A stretch of DNA of 64,000 bases, taken from Schizochytrium sp. TIO01. Lineage: Eukaryota; Protista; Bigyra: Labyrinthulomycetes. The notes beneath the pieces were generated by a model. That model saw only the letters and a program-made list of their open reading frames with translations, ran no database searches and was not told the DNA's origin. The stretch's first letter is position 1; each line of letters starts with the position of its first letter. Both the position numbers and the translations under genes were made by a program. The stretch is taken from the NCBI GenBank assembly GCA_004764695.1, contig SMSO01000032.1, positions 8,154,483 to 8,218,482 on the forward strand. Direction: 5' to 3'. Positions 1 through 10,775 of this stretch are shown here, in pieces.

Positions 1-2136
1 CTCCATAATATCACGAAGTTTCTGTAGTTCGACAGAGTCAGTAATACGCTCACATGTTGTTTGTTGCAAAGCTCTAACATGCAAACTCTTCAACGTTAAG
101 ATTTCCTCACGTGCCCGCTTCAGTTCTTCAGCAAGTTTCGTCATCTCGCGAGAATGATCAGATTGAAGATTCACAAGGTCTTGCTGGTGCTTTTCTTGTA
201 CCTGAAGAGCATATGCCGCTTTGCTGAGCTCTGCTTCTGCGCGTATTTTATCAACACGTGTCTCTAATTGAGCTCTGACTTCGGCAGCACTTGCAGCTTC
301 CTGCAAAATCCCTTCCTGAATTTCTTGCATTTTTACTTCGCTAGCCTCGATGTACCGATCCATGCGTTCGTGGAAAAGACGCTCACAAGTGTCTTTGAAC
401 TGCTCCTCTTGCTTTGCAAAACTCTGTGCAACTTTAGTTTGCTCATGAGCCCATGCTGCCTCTGCAGAGGCGCGAAGTTCCTGTGCGGCTTGTAAACGGT
501 CCTCCATCGCACGAAGTTGCAGGTCGAACCTATGTGAAAGGTCACTTTCAAGGGAAATCCTGCGCGACTCCTCCTCACGTTTCCAAGCTGCGCGCTTCTC
601 GCGGAGAACCTCTTCCCAGCGTGTGTTCACTTCGATCTCAGCCTGGGTTGTTGCATCTCGAGCAATCTGAAGCTCTTTTTGCTCCATAAGTGCTTCTTTG
701 GCCGTAAGGTCTACTTGTCGTCGCATAGTTTGCGCGAGAGCTTCTGCTTGTTGCTCTTTAAGGGAAGCTGTAAGCATCTCAAACTGTGCTTTGAGATTTT
801 CCTCAAAAGTTTTCTTCTCTGTTTCCATACGTTCTCGTTCAAGCTTTAGCAGGCTTGCAATATCTTCACGACTCTGCTGATGCTGAGCGCGAATCGTCTC
901 TAGTGAAGTACGAAAGGAGTTGCGTTCATGCTCCAGTACATTTGATATAGATTCTAACTGTGTGCCCAGGGCCTTCTTTTCGCTAGAAGTACGAAGCTCA
1001 AGATCCTTTTCTTGTTGCTGTAAGGCTTCCTCCAGCTTCTTGGTGCCAGCTTCAACCATCTCACGCATGTGGTTAAGGTGAGCCTCCTCAGAAGTCATGA
1101 GATTCTTTAAATGTTGCTCTAAACGATCTTGAATTGCGGTTTGTGTGTTTTTAGTCTGGGCCAATACAGCTTCTGTGGTCTCTTCTGCTTTTTGATGTGA
1201 AAATTGCACGAACGCTTCAAGTGACGCTTCACTTGTGCTATCCATTGTAGCACAAAGCTCTTCACGTAGACGATCATGCTCAGCTTGCAGCTTTTCTCGT
1301 ATTTCCTTCACTGCATTAATAAGTTTAAAATGATATTCTCTCTCTAAAGTCTCAAAGCGAGCGGCTTCCTTAGCGTTGTCTTCTGACATTTCCTTGGCAA
1401 TCTTACCTCGGATATCACGCTCAAGGCCTTCATAGAAGCTTCCTTTTCTTATCTCGCATTCAGACAAAAGATCTTTTTCTACTCCTTCTTGAATCATGCG
1501 GTATACTGATCCTGCTCCTGTTGAGCATTGTCTCTCAACAAAGCCCTTGGTTGCCATAATGACACGCTCTAAGAGTTCACCTTGACCACTATTGATTTGC
1601 GATTGCAAAAGAGCCATCATGTTCTCCTCAAGTTTTTTGTAGATTGGCCCCCGTTGGCGCTGCAGTTGCTCTTCCACATCTGCAACGGCAGAATCCTGCA
1701 CACGCCGCAGCTCTTGTTGATGATTTGCACGAGTCTCGTGAAGCTTGCGTGAAAGCGAAGCGAGCTCTTCGCTTAGAGACTCTTCCTCTTTTCGTTGTAG
1801 GGACTTAGTTTTCTGCTCTTCTCGAAATCGCAATGCACGCTCTCTCTCCAGAGTATCCCGAAGCTCCTTAACCTCGGCCTGTAGACTGGTCACCTGACTT
1901 TCTTCTTTGCTCTTGGGGTGATAGACGCCCAGACGCTCCAGAGCATTTCTCCGCAAATGTTCACTTCCATAGGCTACGAGCTTGGCTTCTTCTTCGCTGC
2001 CATATTCAAAGCTCTTGCGCCGCTCTCGAGTACTGGGGCTTGGTGGAGGCTCCAAAACTGATGATGACGATGGTGCTGTTGACAGCGGCCGCGGACGAGG
2101 ATTCGACATATCCTCCTTTTGCTCTTTCCAAAACAT
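1..2136 (-). CDS. Long coiled-coil protein, partial (3' end runs off the left edge of the window); function unknown
   Basis: Manual translation of both ends of the minus frame. It begins at ATG 2136 (or ATG 2109), preceded by an in-frame TGA at 2139-2137: MFWKEQKEDMSNPRPRPLSTAPSSSSVLEPPPSPSTRERRKSFEYGSEEEAKLVAYGSEHLRRNALERLG...EVKELRDTLERERALRFREEQK. It is still open in the same frame at base 1 (...ELQKLRDIME). Composition is E/K/R/Q/L-rich and heptad-like. The ORF track misses it because the stop lies outside the window. Confidence 0.85.
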   Translation of the reverse strand, partial: MFWKEQKEDMSNPRPRPLSTAPSSSSVLEPPPSPSTRERRKSFEYGSEEEAKLVAYGSEHLRRNALERLGVYHPKSKEESQVTSLQAEVKELRDTLERERALRFREEQKTKSLQRKEEESLSEELASLSRKLHETRANHQQELRRVQDSAVADVEEQLQRQRGPIYKKLEENMMALLQSQINSGQGELLERVIMATKGFVERQCSTGAGSVYRMIQEGVEKDLLSECEIRKGSFYEGLERDIRGKIAKEMSEDNAKEAARFETLEREYHFKLINAVKEIREKLQAEHDRLREELCATMDSTSEASLEAFVQFSHQKAEETTEAVLAQTKNTQTAIQDRLEQHLKNLMTSEEAHLNHMREMVEAGTKKLEEALQQQEKDLELRTSSEKKALGTQLESISNVLEHERNSFRTSLETIRAQHQQSREDIASLLKLERERMETEKKTFEENLKAQFEMLTASLKEQQAEALAQTMRRQVDLTAKEALMEQKELQIARDATTQAEIEVNTRWEEVLREKRAAWKREEESRRISLESDLSHRFDLQLRAMEDRLQAAQELRASAEAAWAHEQTKVAQSFAKQEEQFKDTCERLFHERMDRYIEASEVKMQEIQEGILQEAASAAEVRAQLETRVDKIRAEAELSKAAYALQVQEKHQQDLVNLQSDHSREMTKLAEELKRAREEILTLKSLHVRALQQTTCERITDSVELQKLRDIME

Positions 2137-2945
2137 TCAACTTTGCGTCCGATTTTCTCGAGCAAATACGATCAACGTAAGTTGCACGCGTCTCTGTATT
2201 AGTTGACAATATTTGTCAAACCTGCCACGTTCCAGTACTACTTTATCAGGTTCTTGCGCTCTGCTTGGGGTGTGAGGGTACTCACAAGTCAGCCAAATCG
2301 CCAAGGTTGGCTCGCCACACGGGCGACCCCTCTTCACCACAAGCGGTGTTTTTTGCAGCTTTCTGTATTTTGTTTGCTCTACCTCGTCTATCCTTGCACT
2401 CAGTCAAGCTCCTAGACAGGTGCCACTTGCTTTGCGCGCAGTGCATACTATGCTTCGCCCCTGATGTCAATCATGCGCAAAAAAGATAACAATGCGTAAA
2501 ATCATTACTTGGAACATCGTTAAGTTCTCCACATCAGTTTAGAGGGTGTGTACCCAACGATTACATCATAGTCCACGGTCATCTTACAATAGGGAAGTTT
2601 AAGTGTAAATGAAGAGACTCTCCATACGTACTGGCATTTTATCTATAGACAAACGAAGCTGCCCCTACGCTCGCATACAACAATCTTAACAGTTCGCCAA
2701 GTGTATTCGTGACCTTGATATTTTCTTAAAATGTGATAGTTCTTCACCACGGAATATTCAAGAGAAAGTAATAGTAGAGTAATTCCTAAATTGAACAACT
2801 ATACGGAGTGGGAGAGAACACTGTTGACCGAGCAAGCCTAACGTTGGAGCATTGGTCACCATAGCTAGTGGTCGAAGCAGCAGGCTTCAAAAGCGAATAA
2901 GTTTGAGCTGCTCGGAAGAGGAACTCATTTTTTTAGCCAGACCTT

Positions 2946-5900
2946 ATGAAGTCGGAGGCCAAGGGGAGATCTTTCAAGCAAAAAAACGGTGACGATGACG
3001 AGAAGATTGTTGCTTTGAATCAAAAGGAGTTGAAACAACTCGTAGATAAGGTATCCTTGGAGATCGACAAGACACGCGAAAAGAAGAATACGCCAACAAC
3101 CAAAATTATTCAACCACTTTATAAATCGTACGCTGTAGCAGCTCAAGTAAGCGTAATAGAAGCAAAACATCATGCCATTTGGAACGAAGAGACAGTTTTA
3201 AGACAGGAAGATCTTGAAGAGAAAATCACAGGTGAACCACCTGGCGTAGAATATGATTTGGCAGGACGCACGGGTGCAAGTCCGCTGCGGCGACCTTCGA
3301 CATTGTTAGCAACGCACGAGAGTGGTAAAACGCGCACTATTGTCGATCCAGAATATGCCCTCACATGTCTCGAAGCCCTCGAAAAGATGTCACAGTCAGA
3401 TCGTATGACTCCTCTAGTGAGTGATGTTCTTGCTTCAGCCTGCAAAACGCTTCGACGAGGCCTATACAGTGATAATTTAGGGGATAGCTTCTCTAGAAAC
3501 TTTTATTGTGTTGAAACTGGTGTGTTGCAACGCGAGATTCAGGCACTTCGCGAACAATGTATGCAAAAACAAGCTAAAGTTGGTTCACTACGTAATGAAT
3601 ACACTGACCTTGTTCATAAGTTTGCCAAGATTGAAGACGAACTTGAAGTTCTACTTGAAGATTTTCATCAAATCGAAACTTCAGGGGAAGCGGACCAACT
3701 CAATGTTAAGATGACACAGGAGCGCGTCGACGAGGAAGTGCGAAAGCAAGAGCAGTTTGCCCAAACTATAGAAGAACAAACCAAAGCAGTTTATAGAATT
3801 TCCCAGCAGCTATATGAAGCAACAAACCGTCGCAGAGATCTACGCACAGACTTGCGTCGAGCCAAGCGAAAGTTTGAAACATTTCGGGATGAAATGGAGC
3901 TGAACAAGGGTACCGTTTCTCGAGAGGAATACGAGAGCATTCTGCAAGAGGTTAGTGATGCAAAGGATCGTTTGGCTGTAAGTGAAGCTGCAATGCAAAT
4001 GCGTCAGACTGCTTACCTTGAGGTTGTACATGAAATTCAGAGTCTAAACGAGGAGCTGAGACGTGAGAGAGCGGAGTATGCTGCCAAAGTCGAGAAAGAA
4101 AAGGAAATTGAGCGTTCACTTACACCTCGTCCTAACCTCAAAGAAGCAATACCAATGTGTAGTGCAATCGTCAGGAAGCCAGCACCTCATAGACGCACGA
4201 GTTCAACTCCATCTATGGCAGAGCTTATGCAAAAGCAACAAGCAAGTGGCGAAAAAGAAGCCAGGGGTCGAAGCCCCCCCGCACGACGCAACTCCGGGGG
4301 TAAGCTCGGCAAGCTTCAGCGGTCATCGACTAAAGCTAGTGTTGAGGCAGAAGGCGGAGCCTTTGTTATGCGTGGTGCATCTCTGCGCAAAGGTGCTCGA
4401 TCCAAAGCTTCACGTGGCAGTCGCTCATCAACAGCCTCTGGTAGCAACGCTTCGGAAAGTCGCTCACAATCACTCAGCAAGGATGGAAAGTTGCCCATTT
4501 CTCGAAAGAGTGTCGGAAATCTGACAGTCTTGACAGGAAATCTGAGAGGACGAAGTGAGGACCGCATGAGTCCAACAACAGAGAGCAACATTATCTCTAC
4601 AAAAGAAGCTGTGTTAGAAATTGCTAAAGAAATTGAGCGTCTAGGGCTTGACGGACCCAAGCTTATGCGAGCTCATGAAGAACTGCGTGAGCTCCAAGTA
4701 TCATTACGAGATGCACGATCACGCTTAAAAATTGCAGAGTCTTATGTCACTCTCGGCATGACTATGTCAAAGAGCAAAACCATTTCTCTGGCAGGGCATG
4801 TCACTCGTCTTCGACGGCATAGCAAATCTGATCCAGTTGATAAAGAATGGTTTGAGAGGGAGTTGCACTTTATAACAAATAAGCGTGGGGAACTTTCAGT
4901 CCAAGCGTTGGGTAGAGGACCTCGGATTCCTCAGTTTCTCAAGTACGATGGACAAATTCAGATTCGCATGATTCCTCGTGGTGAGCTGTTAGATATTGTT
5001 CATGATGTGTGGAACTTTAAGCTAGTGAAGGAGAAGTCTAGCGTGGTTATGTCATCTACAGTGCCACTATCAGACGCCTTTTATCAAATATTGAAGAATC
5101 GATATGGCTTGCAAGCAGTGGTAGCTAAATGGGCATATAACATTCTATATTCCCTTGATCAACTCAAATGGGATCCTGATCTAGAGCTCTTTCGGCTTGC
5201 CCTCATCAAAGAAATCCCAGAAGGGACATATGTTGATCAACAAGTTTTGTTGACAACTCTTCGTTCCTTTTTTCAGCGTCTTAGCTCTCTCGATATTGGT
5301 GGCTCCCTCGGCGAGGTTTCAAAGAACACTCTTTTTGCCTCGCTCGTGAATCTTTTTCCTCATAAAAAGGACCACTTCATTGATGAGTTAGAGGAGTGCA
5401 TTAATAACGAACAACCAATGCCTCTTGTTTTTATTGACTTGTTGCTCGAAACACAGGAAGATGGTGGACAACTTAGTCACGCTGAGTCATTTCTTGCTGT
5501 TGTAAAGCGCCAACACCTCGAGGAAACCCGAGATTTTTATGCTGCTCTTATTGAAGGTCTACACATTGCTGCCCTAAAATATGGCGGTCATCTGCAATGC
5601 AAACTTGCCGACCTTACACAACTTATTCATAAAATCGACGAGAGTATTCAGGATTCTCAGTTGGAGCAGCTGCTGCGATCCGCATTCCCCATGAGAATCT
5701 TGACTCAGGAGGATGCTCGAATGGCACGGCGTTTGGGCAAATTTCCAGAACAAGTGCCCGCAACACCAAATGAAGCATCAAATGAAAAGACAATGTCCAA
5801 CGAAAGTGTTCCACCACCTAGTAGCGCAACTACTGATGTGTCTACTTTAGGATCGCCAACTTTAGACTTGGAGTTTTTCAACGTTGACGATCTTGTAGAG

Positions 5901-5975
5901 TCATTACGTCAAGGAACTTTCAAACCGTCAAGTAATTTTGAAATTGATCCCGAGCCTGTGATTCAAAGTCACTGA
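2946..5975 (+). CDS. TSNAXIP1: Translin-associated factor X-interacting protein 1 (TSNAXIP1)-like coiled-coil protein
   Basis: 1009-aa ORF with an N-terminal coiled coil ending in LTPRP. The C-terminal block ALGRGPRIPQFLKYDG...VHDVW...FYQILKNRYG...KWAYNILYSL...DPDLELFRLAL..EIPEGTY resembles the TSNAXIP1 family pattern (GLG..VP.FLR..G / W.YN...L / D.D..LF...L). Confidence 0.7.
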   Translation: MKSEAKGRSFKQKNGDDDEKIVALNQKELKQLVDKVSLEIDKTREKKNTPTTKIIQPLYKSYAVAAQVSVIEAKHHAIWNEETVLRQEDLEEKITGEPPGVEYDLAGRTGASPLRRPSTLLATHESGKTRTIVDPEYALTCLEALEKMSQSDRMTPLVSDVLASACKTLRRGLYSDNLGDSFSRNFYCVETGVLQREIQALREQCMQKQAKVGSLRNEYTDLVHKFAKIEDELEVLLEDFHQIETSGEADQLNVKMTQERVDEEVRKQEQFAQTIEEQTKAVYRISQQLYEATNRRRDLRTDLRRAKRKFETFRDEMELNKGTVSREEYESILQEVSDAKDRLAVSEAAMQMRQTAYLEVVHEIQSLNEELRRERAEYAAKVEKEKEIERSLTPRPNLKEAIPMCSAIVRKPAPHRRTSSTPSMAELMQKQQASGEKEARGRSPPARRNSGGKLGKLQRSSTKASVEAEGGAFVMRGASLRKGARSKASRGSRSSTASGSNASESRSQSLSKDGKLPISRKSVGNLTVLTGNLRGRSEDRMSPTTESNIISTKEAVLEIAKEIERLGLDGPKLMRAHEELRELQVSLRDARSRLKIAESYVTLGMTMSKSKTISLAGHVTRLRRHSKSDPVDKEWFERELHFITNKRGELSVQALGRGPRIPQFLKYDGQIQIRMIPRGELLDIVHDVWNFKLVKEKSSVVMSSTVPLSDAFYQILKNRYGLQAVVAKWAYNILYSLDQLKWDPDLELFRLALIKEIPEGTYVDQQVLLTTLRSFFQRLSSLDIGGSLGEVSKNTLFASLVNLFPHKKDHFIDELEECINNEQPMPLVFIDLLLETQEDGGQLSHAESFLAVVKRQHLEETRDFYAALIEGLHIAALKYGGHLQCKLADLTQLIHKIDESIQDSQLEQLLRSAFPMRILTQEDARMARRLGKFPEQVPATPNEASNEKTMSNESVPPPSSATTDVSTLGSPTLDLEFFNVDDLVESLRQGTFKPSSNFEIDPEPVIQSH

Positions 5976-6332
5976 GCCGCAAAACCTGACGATTTATCCA
6001 GTAGTAGCGTGGTTGAGTGGTGAGTGTCTCCCAAAACTATAATTCTTAAAAATGACATGTACTTTTGAATATTATTTTTTAAAATGTTTGTTTGTTCTGA
6101 AAAGCACACTGAGGAAACACCTTTGGGACCAAAGTGCAACTTGATTAAAATAAAAAAAACTGTGGCAAATAAAAAAAGAAATGACTAATGAATTTTCTTC
6201 ATGCAACATAGAAAGTAGGTTTGTATGGATACGCGAATTAAGTTTGTACGCACTGGGTGCTTGTAGATTAGCGTTTAACAGAGCAGAGTATTTAAGCAAA
6301 GCGCACAGAGAATGTCAACTAATCTAATCACT

Positions 6333-8054
6333 CTAGTGAAGGTCGGAGATCATCGAGCTTGGCGACTCGAGGTACTGCTTCAGTTGATTCGAGAAGCGAG
6401 CCATGGTGGCTCCATCAACAACTCGGTGGTCTGCTGCCCAGCTCATGTTCATAATTTTAGCAGCGCGAACGCCAGCTTCGACATTAGCCTCGTCAATAAA
6501 ACGCGGCAAAGTCTGGATCTTTCCAATAGCTCCAATCACTAAAGTAGGAGAAGGGATGACAGGAGATGCATATGTGCCTCCAATAGCACCAATGTTAGAG
6601 AGAGTAAACGTGGCTCCAGTAAGTTCAGCCTCGCCTAGTTTGTTGTTTTTGCCTAGCTCCTGTAAGCGAACGAGATCTTGAGCAACGTCAAAGATGCTCT
6701 TGTTCTGAACATCCTTGATAACCGGAACTAGGAGCCCGCGAGGAGTGTCCATAGCGACACCAATGTTATGGGAAGCTTTTTGGGTGACCTCTGTGGCATC
6801 TGCGTTGATGTGGCCATTCAAGCTAGGGTAACGAACAAGCGCAAGGGAAGTAGCTTTGATAAGGATCGGCATGTAACTCAGCTTAAGACCACGAGATTCG
6901 GCTACAGCCTTGAGCTGAGCACGAAATACAGCCATCTGTGTCATCTCGTATTCCTCCATGAGGTTGAAGTGAGGAATGCGCAATGATGCCTCCATAGACT
7001 TCACCATGATACGCTGTACACCACGAACTGGTACGACGACGTCCTCAGTGAGACGTTCAATGCCTGTAAAGCTCTTCGAAGCCTTGTCTTCTGAAGCAGC
7101 TGGGGCGGGCGTCTGCTGGACTTCTTGAAATTCGCCGTCCTTGGCCTTCTTGGCATCGCGAGCCTCTTGAGCAGCACGAGCACGGGCCTCCTCAGCCTGA
7201 CGACGGCGCTCTTCAAGAGGAACTGAGCTAATGTACGACAACACATCTCCCTTAAGAATGCGACCCTTCGGCCCAGTACCCTCAATGAGACTGAGATCAA
7301 GATCATGGTCACGCGCCAGTCGACGAACTGCTGGGGTTGCAAGAAGTTTATCATCTTGACGCACTGGTGAAGTGCGAGGAGTAGATGGGTCCGGAGCAGG
7401 CGAGGATGAGGGGCGGATCACTGGGTCCACAGAGAATGACCCTTCCCGCTCAAGAATCCGAGGCGGGGATGTGATTTCGACGACGGGTTCAGGCTCTTCT
7501 TTAGATGCTTCCGCGGCGGGTGCCGCGGATGAATCCTGAGCTTTAGGGGCATCCGGGGACTTGGCCTCCTTGCCTTCGACTTCCATCCAAACTAGAGGTT
7601 GGCCAACCTGTGCCATATCCCCGACTTTCCATTCGAGAGAGATGATCTCTCCGTCGTAGCGAGAGGACACCACGACTGTAGCCTTGTCGCTCTGGACCTC
7701 ACAGATGCCTTGAAATTGCTCTACAGTGTCGCCAGGCTTGACAAGCCATTCCATAACCTCACACTCTTTAATACCCTCACCAATATCAGCCAAAAGGAAC
7801 GGAATCTTTCCGAGAGCGCTGCGAGTAGCACGAAATCCACGGATGCCACCAAGGCTGGCAGTTGTAGGCATCATGGTAGAGTTCACAGACATCGGACATA
7901 CCGTCACGCCTTGAGAATACTTAGCGTCGATAGAGCATCTAAGCTGGTCGAGACCAGATCCCAACGCACGCGCACTATGGCCACGGAGCTTTGACTGTCT
8001 CAAGTAGCTCCTCGCGGCAAGGCTTGCGTTCGATCGGCCAAGATGTTTCCACAT
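6333..8054 (-). CDS. DBT: Branched-chain alpha-keto acid dehydrogenase E2 (dihydrolipoamide branched-chain transacylase), mitochondrial
   Basis: Arg/Ser-rich presequence; lipoyl domain LADIGEGIKEC...ICEVQSDKA; E3-binding domain LATPAVRRLA...GTGPKGRILKGDV; catalytic domain with HNIGVAMDTPRGL, TFTLSNIGAIGG and ADHRVVDGA. Confidence 0.96.
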   Translation of the reverse strand: MWKHLGRSNASLAARSYLRQSKLRGHSARALGSGLDQLRCSIDAKYSQGVTVCPMSVNSTMMPTTASLGGIRGFRATRSALGKIPFLLADIGEGIKECEVMEWLVKPGDTVEQFQGICEVQSDKATVVVSSRYDGEIISLEWKVGDMAQVGQPLVWMEVEGKEAKSPDAPKAQDSSAAPAAEASKEEPEPVVEITSPPRILEREGSFSVDPVIRPSSSPAPDPSTPRTSPVRQDDKLLATPAVRRLARDHDLDLSLIEGTGPKGRILKGDVLSYISSVPLEERRRQAEEARARAAQEARDAKKAKDGEFQEVQQTPAPAASEDKASKSFTGIERLTEDVVVPVRGVQRIMVKSMEASLRIPHFNLMEEYEMTQMAVFRAQLKAVAESRGLKLSYMPILIKATSLALVRYPSLNGHINADATEVTQKASHNIGVAMDTPRGLLVPVIKDVQNKSIFDVAQDLVRLQELGKNNKLGEAELTGATFTLSNIGAIGGTYASPVIPSPTLVIGAIGKIQTLPRFIDEANVEAGVRAAKIMNMSWAADHRVVDGATMARFSNQLKQYLESPSSMISDLH

Positions 8055-8645
8055 GATATCTATCTAGGGTTTCTTCTCGTTTTCTTTGTTTTATCTAACA
8101 GCCCTTTCCTTAAAACCTTGCAACTTCCTTTAAGTTTCTCTCCAAAAACTCTACTCTACCAAGAACCCTTGACGTGAATCACCTCGATCCACTCCAATCT
8201 CCGTTGTCGAGCTCTCCGGAATCCCTCGAGAGGTCGCTCTGCCTTAAACCGAAGGCCCTTCCAGGTCTCACGGTTTTGGCCGCTTCAAAGAGGGTCCAAA
8301 TTTGTATTCCTATATTCCACTAAGTATGTATACAACAAAGTCAACGAGCGAATCCAAGGAATCCGATGGGACGATCGTCCGTGTCCCAGGCTCCTGGCCG
8401 TCTGCGCTCTCAGTGCAGGTATTCTCTCGGCGCCTCGCAGGCTCTCCGTGCAGAGTTCTGTGCAGCTTCGAGCTTTCTTCAAACGCCTTTCCGCTCAGGA
8501 CTCGAGTTCGCAAGGTACAAACTCGCAGGTGCCAGACACAATCAACAAAGCGGATTTGCTCTCTCTTTCCTTCGCCTCGAATCGACACAAAAATATGTGT
8601 ACCGTTTCATGGTACCGGTACATCCGCAATCACAAAAACAGCGGC

Positions 8646-8750
8646 AGAAACAAAAACAGCGGAAACAAAAATCAGAAAACAAAAATCAGAAAACAAAAAT
8701 CAGAAAACAAAAATCAAAAAAAGTGCAAAAATCAAAAACAAAATAAAAAA
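8646..8750. repeat. A-rich 14-bp tandem repeat (AAACAAAAATCAGA)n, about 4 copies plus degenerate flanks
   Basis: Read directly; explains spurious K/Q/N-rich ORF tails at 8.3-8.75 kb. Confidence 0.85.
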
Positions 8751-8950
8751 TGAATGAATGAACGAATGAATGAATGAATGAATGAATGAATGAGGCAATT
8801 CTTTATTTCTTTGTTTCTTTATTTACTGTGTATTCATTGAATGAATGAATGAGGCAATTCTTTATTTCTTTGTTTTTTTATTTACTGTGTATTCATTCAT
8901 TCATTCATTCATTCATTCATTCATTCATTCATTCATTCATTCTTTCATTC
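8749..8950. repeat. (TGAA)n and (TTCA)n microsatellites flanking a duplicated ~47-bp unique block (59-bp period)
   Basis: (TGAA)n at about 8749-8793; block GAGGCAATTCTTTATTTCTTTGTT.TTTATTTACTGTGTATTCATT at 8792-8838 and 8851-8897; (TTCA)n at about 8891-8950. Confidence 0.9.
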
Positions 8951-9339
8951 GTCTCTGCGTTCACAATTTTAGTCAAGTCGATACCAACCATGGCAAAGAT
9001 CGCAGGCACTCCTGCTTGCTGCACTTGCTCACGAAGTTCTCGGTGCCGCTCGCGTACTGACGGTTGAGGACGTTGCAGAAGATCGCGGCTGACTGCGAGA
9101 AGATGTAGACGGCATCGATGACGACAGCGAACCGTCATTGGAATTCTGATTGCGCCGCTGCTCAGCGATCGATATCTGTGGGGCTCTTGGGAATGAATGA
9201 ATGTATGTGCTGTCGGCTGGAGCACACAAAAATGGACCTCGACCCGAGCGTTAATCTGCTTCTTCATGGGCCTCGTCGGCAGTCGCTTTTGATGCTCTTT
9301 AAGAGATGCGTGTGCTCGACTCTTCACAGCTTCATGCTT

Positions 9340-9373
9340 CGATTTCGATTTCGATTTCGATTTCGATTTCGAT
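9340..9373. repeat. (CGATTT)n microsatellite
   Basis: Read directly, about 5-6 copies. Confidence 0.85.
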
Positions 9374-10525
9374 TCATTCTGGTGATTGGATTATTCATCT
9401 AGATTCTTCGTTATCCTTGTTGTCCTTGTGATCAATAATTCATTCTTAGTTCAATCGAAAGTGAATAAATCTATTTAGTCCTTATTGTCTCTTTCGATGG
9501 CTTTTGTTAGATGTTGTTGGTATAAAACGGTGTTGTTCGCATCATCCAAAAAAATGCAGTCGTAATAGAAACAAATCCAGCTACAAATCCGCCATGAAAT
9601 CGATTTGCGGAGAGACCAACACCGCTGCAGTACGACATAATTCAAAACTGCGCCCCCCCCCTGCACATCCCACGAAAGAGCGAGCTGAGGCAGCGGCCCT
9701 TTGCGTGGCGGACGTCAACTTTCAACAGTATTTATCGATTCATGTTTGTGGCTCTGTACATGTCACAAAGACTGTACCAATGAAACAAAAACAGTCTTCG
9801 ACATGGACGCCCTTCGGCCTAGGCCGCCAAGTAAAGGCAACAAGCTCTCGCGGGGGAGCCTCCGCGCTTCGAGCTCGACGCTGTCTACGTCATCTTTGAA
9901 GACGACTCTGACTCTCAGCAATTCCTGCAAGAGTTCCAAGGTTTGTGAGCCTGAATGACTCGCTCGCTCTGATGCAGCTCAAATAAGTTCTTCGCGCTTC
10001 GGCTTCAGGCCAGGAACTCAACGTCCCAAGTGCTGCACGCAGCTTCGTGCGCGGCCACCCATCAATCTGTCGCTGCCGCGGCCTATTCGTTTCGACCGGG
10101 AGCTGGGACTCAGTGCTTCTGCTCGAGGTCAACGCCAAACAAACAAAGTACGAAGAGTGGTGAGAACTTACTTATTTAAGGCAGACAGTTATTATTTATA
10201 AACAAGTTAGTCACTGATTTGCACTGCTTAGATTCTTAGGCTGATCTTATCATGTTTTAGTTTGTCAATTAAGAATTCAATTAACTTTCATTCTGATTAA
10301 AAACAATGGGAAACATTTATTTAAGCTCTTCGCGATTTATCAGGCGGTGGGTTGGTAGTCTGGGCTCATGGTCGCTCCTCTTCTTGAAAGCAATTTGCTG
10401 TGCACTCTCACGCACATGAGTGAGCGCGGAGGCCTCTAGTTCCCGGTTTTCTCGGGCCGCGTTCAATTCGCGCGCCCCAAGGCACCACTTTGCTACATTC
10501 TTTTTCATCGCGAAAACTGTTTCTA

Positions 10526-10775
10526 AAACTAAGATAACTAAAATAATTAAGATAACTAAAATAATTAAAATAACTAAAATAACTAAAATAACTAAAATAA
10601 TTAAAATAACTAAAATAACTAAAATAACTAAAATAACTAAAATAACTAAAATAACTAAAATAACTAAAATAACTAAAATAACTAAAATAACTAAAATAAC
10701 TAAAATAACTAAAATAACTAAAATAACTAAAATAACTAAAATAACTAAAATAACTAAAATAACTAAAATAAAAAT
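10526..10775. repeat. 9-bp minisatellite (TAACTAAAA)n, roughly 27 copies
   Basis: Near-perfect tandem array; produces the artefactual poly-ITK and poly-ILV ORFs in the track. Confidence 0.95.
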
